Assembly: GCA_965219995.1 (NCBI GenBank)
Contig: CBDCOX010000002.1
Location: forward strand, 2,624,001-2,688,000
Source of the DNA: Candidatus Latescibacterota bacterium
GTDB lineage: Bacteria; Latescibacterota; UBA2968; GCA-2709665
Length of the DNA: 64,000 nt
Direction: 5' to 3'
Position numbers and translations under genes: made by a program
The notes under the pieces: model-generated
What the model saw: the letters and a program-made list of their open reading frames with translations, nothing else
Told to the model about the DNA's origin: nothing
The model's database searches: none
Shown here: one piece after another, positions 17,552 through 25,447 of the stretch
Layout: each line of letters starts with the position of its first letter
Position numbering within the stretch: the first letter of the stretch is position 1

Positions 17552-20404
17552 ATGGAAATTGGCGAGTACATGCGTTCGCTGAGAGAAAGGGAACATATCA
17601 GCTTACGGTCACTCTCTTCTGCCATTGGAGTCGACCCGGCTCACATGTCACGAATCGAAGCGGGAAAGGTCCAGCCATCTGAATCGTTAATCGAACGGCT
17701 GACCCAGATTCTAAATTGCGATCCGGAGGAACTGCTGCTTCTGTCCGGCAGACAGACAACGTCGATGAGGGAGTTTATTAAGAATGATCCTGAATATGCT
17801 ACATCCGTCCTGCGCCGTTTGTCTATGACGTCCGTCGCCGAGAGCGTCACCACCTATCGCGTACCGGATTTAGTGGATTTCAGTCTTAAGTCGGGTGAAG
17901 ACGCTCTGTCAGAAAGGCCTATTGCCCACAGAAAGCAAAACGGGCAATTCCTCACGCCGGAGCTGGTTGGCCGCTTTATGGCCAAGCAACTCGGGCACGT
18001 GCGAGACGGTGAAAGATTGCTTGATCCATCCATTGGTTCCGGCGTTCTGGCATGTGCGCTAATTGAACGCGCAATAATTAAAGGACAACCAATGGAACTA
18101 TGGATCGATGGATATGAAGTCGACAAGGGTTTATACCAAGTTGCCTGCAAGGCGCTTGAACGGGCTGCAAGACGCGCTCAAGAAAGAGGCATTACCGTTC
18201 ACGCACAGGTATACAATCGCGATTTTATCGTGGATTGCGTCCCATCGTCTCAGCCTTCGCTCTTCCAGGTCGACAGTTCAGTTAAACCGAGAAAGCCAAT
18301 ACTGTATGACAAAATTATCGCGAATCCACCGTATTTCAAACTTAACAGCAACGACCCTCGTGTAAAAGCAGTAGCGGGCCAGATAAAAGGACATTCCAAT
18401 ATCTATACACTGTTCATGGCACTCTCCGCGAGGTTGCTTGCGCCTATGGGGTGCGCATGTTTTATCGTCCCACGGAGCTTTTGTTCGGGTGCTTACTTTT
18501 CCGAATTCAGGCGGGAGTTTGTCGACCTAACGCTCCCTGCGTCAGTTCACTTGTTTGAATCGCGACACGACACGTTTAGCAAAGATTCAGTACTTCAAGA
18601 GAATGTAATCGTTACATACCGAAGATTACAAGACCCAAAGGTGGTACCCGAATCGGCGTTCATTAAGATTTCATCATCAAAGAATGCGCTGGATTTGGGC
18701 GAATCGACAGCCCGCATGGTGTCCATGCGGCATTTCATTCGGGAGTACAAGAACAAGGTCTATTTCAGATTGCCCACGAGCGAGTTCGACGAGCAGGTTA
18801 TTGAAATCGTGGATAGCTGGCCGGGCACCCTGCAGAAATACGGTTTGGAAGTGTCAACGGGTCCGGTGGTAGGCTTCCGTGCCAGAAAGTCTCTGACAAA
18901 TGAAATCGCAGTTGAAGGAGACCGCGCGGTCCCGCTTCTGTGGATGAATAATGTACGACGCCGAAAGGTTGAATGGCCCGCGTTAAAAAGCGCCAAACCC
19001 CAGGGCATTTCTCTCGGTGAATCCGCTGAGGATCTGTCCGTCCCGGTTTCGAACTACGTCCTGCTTTGCCGGTTTAGTGCAAAGGAAGAACCACGTCGTC
19101 TGATTTCAGCGCCGTTACTGAAGGACCAATTTAGCCATAAGAGGATCGGGCTTGAGAACCATCTCAATTACATATACAAGAAGAACGGCGAACTCGATGA
19201 CGAAGAAACGATTGGACTGTCAGCTTTGTTAAATTGCGCGCTATTGGATCGGTATTTCCGCATCTCAAGTGGAAACACCCAGGTAAACGCAATGGAGTTG
19301 CGCGCACTGCCGCTTCCGCCCCGAGAAGTCATCAGGCGAATTGGAGAACGGCATCGGTCCGTCGAAGAATCTAAAAATGGAGTGGATTTAGACGCGCTGG
19401 TTTTTTCAACATTGAGAGAAACCGGATGTATTCCGAGAGATTTCCCTACAATAAAGGAATCCCGTATGTCGAACGGAAGAATACAGGAGGCTCAAGAGGG
19501 TTTGAAATCCTTAGGGCTGCCACCCGCACAACAAAACGAAATGTCGGCTCTGACATTGCTTGCCCTGGCGCAACTTTCTGAAGATACCCCCTGGGCTGAA
19601 GCGAGATCCCGTAGTTTGCGGATACATGACATATTGGAAGAAATCAGGCACAGATTCGATCGCGAATACGCGGAGAATACCCGAGAGACGATTCGTCGTC
19701 AGGTCATTCATCAGTTTGAGCAGGCAGGTCTTGTCGTTCGGAACCCTTATGACTTGTCCCTGCCGACAAACAGCCCACGCACCCATTACGCCCTGACTGA
19801 TTCCGCTATTCAGACAATTGGCACGTACGGTACCGAGATGTGGCAACAAGCGATCGCATCATTCAATGAGGTAAAAGGCGCACTCCTTGAAGTCTATCAG
19901 AATCGTCGAGATCAACATAGAGTGCCGCTAAGATTATCAACGGGCGAGGAATTTCATCTCTCTGCCGGTCCACACAATGAATTACAGGCCGCCGTTGTGG
20001 AGGAATTCGGACCACGGTTTGCCCCTGGCGCCCAACTTCTCTACCTTGGCGATGCAGAAAATAAGTCGTTGATCCTCAATGAAAAAGGTTTCGAGGGGCT
20101 TGGTCTACCGATTCCGAATCACGATAAACTGCCGGATATCGTACTATATGAAGAAAGTCAGAATCGACTGTACTTGATTGAAGCGGTCACTTCTCACGGT
20201 CCGGTGTCTCCGAAACGCCACGTCGAACTTGAGGAGATTTTTGAGGATTGTCCTGCCACCCGAGTTTACGTGAGTGCATTCCCCGACTTCAACATCTTCA
20301 AGAATTTCATTACCGAAATCGCTTGGGAGACGGAAGTCTGGTTATCCGAAATACCGGATCATATGATTCATTTCAACGGCGATCGGCTCTTGGCTCCGAG
20401 GTAG
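17552..20404 (+). CDS. Fused XRE-HTH + N6-adenine DNA methyltransferase (gamma class) + BsuBI/PstI-family restriction endonuclease
   Basis: HTH ISLRSLSSAIGVDPAHMSRIEAG; GQFLTP; motif I LLDPSIGSG; motif IV IIANPPY; REase part EYAENTRETIRRQVIHQF, PTNSPRTHY, HDKLPDIVLY, LIEAVTSHGP, IAWETEVW and HMIHFNG. Confidence 0.9.
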   Translation: MEIGEYMRSLREREHISLRSLSSAIGVDPAHMSRIEAGKVQPSESLIERLTQILNCDPEELLLLSGRQTTSMREFIKNDPEYATSVLRRLSMTSVAESVTTYRVPDLVDFSLKSGEDALSERPIAHRKQNGQFLTPELVGRFMAKQLGHVRDGERLLDPSIGSGVLACALIERAIIKGQPMELWIDGYEVDKGLYQVACKALERAARRAQERGITVHAQVYNRDFIVDCVPSSQPSLFQVDSSVKPRKPILYDKIIANPPYFKLNSNDPRVKAVAGQIKGHSNIYTLFMALSARLLAPMGCACFIVPRSFCSGAYFSEFRREFVDLTLPASVHLFESRHDTFSKDSVLQENVIVTYRRLQDPKVVPESAFIKISSSKNALDLGESTARMVSMRHFIREYKNKVYFRLPTSEFDEQVIEIVDSWPGTLQKYGLEVSTGPVVGFRARKSLTNEIAVEGDRAVPLLWMNNVRRRKVEWPALKSAKPQGISLGESAEDLSVPVSNYVLLCRFSAKEEPRRLISAPLLKDQFSHKRIGLENHLNYIYKKNGELDDEETIGLSALLNCALLDRYFRISSGNTQVNAMELRALPLPPREVIRRIGERHRSVEESKNGVDLDALVFSTLRETGCIPRDFPTIKESRMSNGRIQEAQEGLKSLGLPPAQQNEMSALTLLALAQLSEDTPWAEARSRSLRIHDILEEIRHRFDREYAENTRETIRRQVIHQFEQAGLVVRNPYDLSLPTNSPRTHYALTDSAIQTIGTYGTEMWQQAIASFNEVKGALLEVYQNRRDQHRVPLRLSTGEEFHLSAGPHNELQAAVVEEFGPRFAPGAQLLYLGDAENKSLILNEKGFEGLGLPIPNHDKLPDIVLYEESQNRLYLIEAVTSHGPVSPKRHVELEEIFEDCPATRVYVSAFPDFNIFKNFITEIAWETEVWLSEIPDHMIHFNGDRLLAPR

Positions 20405-20949
20405 CGGTTGATCGGCTTGTTACCTTGATCCGATACCGAGACTCACCCGAATTGTCGGACAAACCCAATCTGACAACAGATTCGCGGGTTTCAAATCGCG
20501 TCTTGGATTAGAATTTCGACATGGTGGATAGGCGGTTACTACCCTTTCGGGACCCGCCATCTCCATTCACAAGATTTCACGCGGAAACTCCTCAAACAAC
20601 GAACGTCCTCTGCTGATATCTTAGAAATTCCTCCGCCTAAATCTCCTGTTTTCCTCTAAACATTCCTACTCGCCAGCCAAAATCGCGGCGGTCGAGACGG
20701 ACCGGCACGAAGGTCTATGCGCCCCTAAGCTTTGGTTCTTCACAAAGCGCAAGCTTCGTATCCGCGGTTGGGTCATTGACCATTCGGCAGGTGATATCGA
20801 TTTCGCCACGCACGTGGACGAGTAATTATCCAATTGCCGCCTCAATTTCCTGGCCTAACGGAATTCGATCAGTTGACACTTGCCTTTCTCACGTCCCACA
20901 AAATACAGCATAGATGCCGTCGTCTCGCGTCAATCTGAGCAGGTTGAAA

Positions 20950-21990
20950 TCAGCGTTCCTCTTCCGGAATTCCCGACATGGCTTCTTCGTATACGGCAAT
21001 CCATTTATCGGCTTCTTTTACCGTGTAGGCCCCCGTAACGGCTTCACTGTATCCTGCCGGTAGTTCTTCTCTCTTCGGCTGACCAATGTGCGGTTGCAAC
21101 TTCCCTCGGAGCTTTTCTGCTCCTTCGTCAGGCAAGTCTTTGGCGAAGGAGTCCACTTGCTCCCGACTCAGGTCACCCGCGAAGATTACGTCGTGTAGTT
21201 CGGTTTTTTTGCCAATTTGATTCCGCATACGATCTGCAAACCTGTGAGGTGCACGGCTACCACATACACCCTGTAGTTGCGCTTGGAAGAGATCGGCCCC
21301 TTGCAGATGCGCCTCCCGAAAATTGGCTCTTTGCAGGTGTGCCTTATAGAAAATGGTCCCTTGCAGGTGCGCACTTGCCAGGTCAGCCTTTTCCATATGC
21401 GCTTCCCTGACGTCCGCACCGTTCAGGTAGCTTTCCTTTAAGTTTACGTGGAGACCTCTGAAGATCTCATGGTTCTTAACGAACAGCAGGGTCAGTAGAC
21501 TCTGCACTTCCTCCGAGGGTTTCGATTTTTGCTCTTTCCGATATTCATCCTCGCCTGTCGTCTGACGAATATGAGCGCAGAGAATGTCCAGTACCGTCTG
21601 TCTCAATGCGGCAGTATCGTCCGCCAGATGGACGAGTTCGTAGGCCCCGCCCAGCCGAACTGATTCGGATACGTGCCCCAGATGTTCAATGGCATTCTTC
21701 ATGCGCTCTTGCAGCAGTCCTTGTTCAGCGGATACAGTTCTATCCTCCATCGCTTTTGCACGTCTGTTAGAAGCATGAGCTTGCAGGGCGATCAGAATTC
21801 CGCCCATGGCTATTCCAACGAACTTTAGGATTTCAGATTTTTCGGACACTCCAAGATGCTCAGAGACCTTTGTCTCGAAACTATCGAAGAAAAGAACACC
21901 CACGAAAACCGCGAGAGTCAGAACAAGCACGGCGATCAACGTGTTCTGAAGAGTGCAATGTCCGGTAATCACATAACTAAGGCGTTCCAT
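20950..21990 (-). CDS. Membrane-anchored pentapeptide-repeat protein (paralog A)
   Basis: Two N-terminal TM segments, AIEHLGH..SVRLGGAYEL helical segment and A(D/H)LxG pentapeptides. Confidence 0.85.
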   Translation of the reverse strand: MERLSYVITGHCTLQNTLIAVLVLTLAVFVGVLFFDSFETKVSEHLGVSEKSEILKFVGIAMGGILIALQAHASNRRAKAMEDRTVSAEQGLLQERMKNAIEHLGHVSESVRLGGAYELVHLADDTAALRQTVLDILCAHIRQTTGEDEYRKEQKSKPSEEVQSLLTLLFVKNHEIFRGLHVNLKESYLNGADVREAHMEKADLASAHLQGTIFYKAHLQRANFREAHLQGADLFQAQLQGVCGSRAPHRFADRMRNQIGKKTELHDVIFAGDLSREQVDSFAKDLPDEGAEKLRGKLQPHIGQPKREELPAGYSEAVTGAYTVKEADKWIAVYEEAMSGIPEEER

Positions 21991-22054
21991 AACTGACCTC
22001 GTAGGAATTCAAATTGCATATCGTGCAAGACATCCGTCTGCCCTGATCTCACCA

Positions 22055-23377
22055 TCAGCCTCCTTCCTCCTCCGACTCCGCCGCGGTGGCATCCTCGTAT
22101 TCCGCGATCCATTTCCCGGCTTCTTCGTCGGTGTACATTCCGGTAACCGCGCCGCATTGTTCCGGAAGTTCATAGGACGTGCTCTTGCCGACGTGGGGCG
22201 TCAACTTTTCTCTCAGCGCGTTCGCCGTTTCGTGGTACATCCCATCCAGAATGGACTCCACCTCCTCCAGCGTCATCCCGCCGCCGAAAATCGCCCCGCT
22301 CAGGTCGGTCTCTTCGCCGACAGACTGCGTGATACGCTGCTCGAAGGAATCGGGGTAATCCACGTGACTCCTTACGCCCTGGAACTGCGCCTCCGTGAGA
22401 TCCGCGCCCTGCAGATTCGCCCCGACGATAAAGGCCCCTTGCAGATGCGTGCGGGACAGCGCCGCGCCGCGCAACATCGACCGGGCAAGATCGGCTCCCT
22501 GGAGATTCGCCCGGGAAAGGCTTGCAGCGTCGAGTCGCGCCCCAACCAGATCGGCGCCCTGCAGCCTCGCCCATGAAAGACCGGCCCCATGCAGGCGCGC
22601 CCATGACAGATCGGCGCCCTGGAGATGCGCGCCGACAAGGTCGGCGCCGTGCAGCCTCGCCTCCGCGAGGTTTGCGCCACAGAGATACGCGCCACAAAGT
22701 GTCGCTCCGTTCAGCCAGCTACCCTGCAGGTCGATCTGAAGCCCTTTGCAGATCCCGCGACGGGAGACGAACAGCAGACTGAGCAGGCTCTGGACCTCCT
22801 CCGAAGGATTCGACCTGTGCCTTCTCCGGTAAATATCCTGTCCGGTGGTGCGGCGTATATGCGAGCAGAGAATGTCCAGCACCGGCTGTCGCAGCGATTC
22901 AGTATCCTCCGCAAGGTGGAAGAGTTCGTAAGCGCCGCCCAGACGAACCGCGACGGATTCGTGTCCGAGGTGTTCAACGCCGTTATGCAGGCGTTCGTGT
23001 CTCCGCCCCAGTTCCGCGTCCAGGCTTGCCCGCGACTGCTCCGTTGCGGCCCTGGCCTGCTCAGACGCAGCCTCGGCCTGTGCCTTCACGACTTCATCCA
23101 ACTGACGGGAACGTCTGTGGGCCATCAAAGCGTTCAGCGCCAACAGGAGACCCGCAGTACCGATGGCGGTTAATTTGAACGCTTCGGATTTCTGGTGCAG
23201 ACTCAGACGCGCTGAAATTTGTACTCCTGCGCCCGGAACAAACAGGAGGAACACGAATGCCGCCAGCGCAAGGACAAGCAGGGCGATCAGAATGGTTTGC
23301 AGAATCGAAGACAAATTCATCGGGTCCTCCGGGTTAAGTGGCGGCTCAATGGAACGAACTCGCATTAAGTCGGTCAC
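22055..23377 (-). CDS. Membrane-anchored pentapeptide-repeat protein (paralog B, longer repeat tract)
   Basis: Same architecture as paralog A (GVEHLGHESVAVRLGGAYEL, PSEEVQSLL, ARLHGADL repeats). Alternative start at ATG 23320. Confidence 0.85.
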   Translation of the reverse strand: MTDLMRVRSIEPPLNPEDPMNLSSILQTILIALLVLALAAFVFLLFVPGAGVQISARLSLHQKSEAFKLTAIGTAGLLLALNALMAHRRSRQLDEVVKAQAEAASEQARAATEQSRASLDAELGRRHERLHNGVEHLGHESVAVRLGGAYELFHLAEDTESLRQPVLDILCSHIRRTTGQDIYRRRHRSNPSEEVQSLLSLLFVSRRGICKGLQIDLQGSWLNGATLCGAYLCGANLAEARLHGADLVGAHLQGADLSWARLHGAGLSWARLQGADLVGARLDAASLSRANLQGADLARSMLRGAALSRTHLQGAFIVGANLQGADLTEAQFQGVRSHVDYPDSFEQRITQSVGEETDLSGAIFGGGMTLEEVESILDGMYHETANALREKLTPHVGKSTSYELPEQCGAVTGMYTDEEAGKWIAEYEDATAAESEEEGG

Positions 23378-23483
23378 AATGTGGTATCGATATCCTGCAT
23401 CAATAATGTATCGAACTTAATGTCGCTATCCAGCATTTTTCGACACGGAACCGAGCGACCGTACCAATCTGTCGCTTCTCCTT

Positions 23484-23999
23484 TCATTCAAGCAACAGTT
23501 TCCTGAAACTCTTGAGCCTGGATCTGAAGCGGTGTTTCGTCGCCCACTCGACGAGAAAAACATCGGCTTCATCGAGGGTCAAATCACCTGTCCGGATAAG
23601 TCTCAATACAAGGTCCTCCGTCTGACAGAGTTCAAGGTCGTTGTCCAGTCTGCGGCCTTCAATCCGTGCCCTCCTATCCTGGAGCCCGGCGATCCACCGT
23701 CGCCTGATAGCAACCGCCAGTACGGCGCACTCGCCGGCTCCCAGACGCCCGCCTTTCCGGAGATGCACATATAGCGCAAGTTCATCGGAATCACGAACGC
23801 TTTGCAAGTTAAATATTCCCGAGGCCAAGGCGTCTTCAACCGCTTTCCTGTGTCCGGGACGCCTCACTTCATCGAAAACCTGGTCCGGCAGGACGATCGG
23901 CGATTCGATATTGCCGAGTAACTGTATTCGACCGATATTCACGAAGTTCAGCAGTACCGAAGCATCGAGCACAATCGGCTTTGGGCTAGTCGGTCGCAC
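23484..23999 (-). CDS. PIN-domain protein (DUF3368-like), putative RNase toxin
   Basis: IVLDASVLLNF, VFDEV, LGAGECAVLAVA and QDRRAR pattern. Confidence 0.75.
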   Translation of the reverse strand: MRPTSPKPIVLDASVLLNFVNIGRIQLLGNIESPIVLPDQVFDEVRRPGHRKAVEDALASGIFNLQSVRDSDELALYVHLRKGGRLGAGECAVLAVAIRRRWIAGLQDRRARIEGRRLDNDLELCQTEDLVLRLIRTGDLTLDEADVFLVEWATKHRFRSRLKSFRKLLLE

Positions 24000-24009
24000 T
24001 CAGCAAGCC

Positions 24010-25233
24010 TCAATCGGCCAATTCCAGGATCGTTTCGTCCTCAATATCCAGAAGGCGGCCCACTTCGAGCAGGCGGTCCTTCGAAATTTCACCCTGCCAC
24101 CAGGCTTCCAGCGCCAGAGACAGAATCTGCCAATCCAGTTCGTGGTCCCAATTCGACTCATCATCGCGTCGTTCCGTGTCCGACTCAGCTCTTACGGAGC
24201 GCAGGTATCGATTGGCTTCATCGGTCTGATTCAGCAACGTCTGGGTGTGTTCGTGGCTGAGGAGATTCAGACCGCGAAGCCGCCACACCGCCGCAGCGTA
24301 ACTGACCTCAAAATGCCAGGCCAGAAGTGCCACGTCTGCGTAGGTTATATTTCGCGACCGTCCAGTGCTGCGCAACTGGCCGCGTATACCCTGTCCCGAC
24401 ACGGCATCCACAACTGCTTCTTCACGACGAGTTCCCCGTCCCTTACCCAGGCTTTGCAGAAATTCACGCACACCCTCTTCCGGCAAGAGGAAAGCTGCAG
24501 CGAATGCATTAGCCCGTTGTTCGGTCTTTGTGCTGGCGTTTTGGGAACTCGTTACCGTAGCCCGCGTGTCCCGGTCCATCAGCGCATGACCGTGTTCGTG
24601 GGCGTACGAAAACCGTCGTCGAACCACCGATTGGGTGAGGTTGGTCAAAATTGCCAGACCAAAGTCGGGGCTGCTTAAGAAGAGACCCGAGATTTCGTCG
24701 GGCAACGGAAGAGCCGCCGTCCAGATATTCTGTCGGGCAAGGGTCTCAGGCACTTTGACGGGCGCATTTCCCAGATTGAGTCGGCGGCGCTCGTGTTCGG
24801 CCACCTGTTGTCCCTGCGCGATGGCCTGTCCTCCCGAGCCGGGATAGGATAGTTCGTACCGAGGCAAGGACGCAGCGACCCCCCTGCCCGCCAGTTCTCT
24901 AAGCGTGGCACCTTCTCGAAGCAAACGAAGACAACGGGAAGATTGTTCCTGCACAACGTCACCCTGCAGGCCCGGCTCGGCTCGAAAGAGGGTAACGACC
25001 GGATCTTCCTGCTGAACGGAAGAGTCCAGGTTTACGAACCATCCGACCGCCCGGCCGTAAAGGTCGGCAAGACGGGTCAGTTCAAGCGTTGAGACCTGAC
25101 GCTGTCCGGATTCCATAAGACTGATGGCCGACCTCTGCAGGCCCAATGCCGCCCCGGCCATTTCCTGGGTAATGTGACGGCTTTCGCGCGCCAATCGCAG
25201 TCGTCGACCGATCTCTTCTGAGGTTATGGCCAT
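24010..25233 (-). CDS. XRE-HTH + ImmA/IrrE-family Zn metallopeptidase
   Basis: N-terminal HTH (TQEMAGAALGLQRSAISLMESG); RRRFSYAHEHGH (HExxH); EQRANAFAAAFLLP. Confidence 0.9.
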   Translation of the reverse strand: MAITSEEIGRRLRLARESRHITQEMAGAALGLQRSAISLMESGQRQVSTLELTRLADLYGRAVGWFVNLDSSVQQEDPVVTLFRAEPGLQGDVVQEQSSRCLRLLREGATLRELAGRGVAASLPRYELSYPGSGGQAIAQGQQVAEHERRRLNLGNAPVKVPETLARQNIWTAALPLPDEISGLFLSSPDFGLAILTNLTQSVVRRRFSYAHEHGHALMDRDTRATVTSSQNASTKTEQRANAFAAAFLLPEEGVREFLQSLGKGRGTRREEAVVDAVSGQGIRGQLRSTGRSRNITYADVALLAWHFEVSYAAAVWRLRGLNLLSHEHTQTLLNQTDEANRYLRSVRAESDTERRDDESNWDHELDWQILSLALEAWWQGEISKDRLLEVGRLLDIEDETILELAD

Positions 25234-25323
25234 TTCGCACCTCCGAGTCAGGGGGGTTCCTCGGTGTCAAAGCAGTCAGACGCGCATGTCGAAACCGACT
25301 TCCGCAGCACGCATCTTGATATT

Positions 25324-25352
25324 AATTTAGATATCCAAACTATATTTGTCAA
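25324..25352 (-). promoter_or_regulatory. Sigma70-type promoter for the ImmA-PIN operon
   Basis: Minus strand TTGACA-17 bp-TAAATT in an AT-rich stretch. Confidence 0.55.
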
Positions 25353-25447
25353 TATTTTTATGTTATGTTCGATTTTCGAAACATACATTTTTTAGTATTT
25401 CTACACGAAGACGCGCCACCAGGCTCTTCGACTACGCGCGCCGCGCT

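Noticed and set aside
17200-25440. Prophage, ICE or transposon call for the island
   Set aside because: No integrase, transposase, phage structural gene, tRNA target or att repeat is visible.
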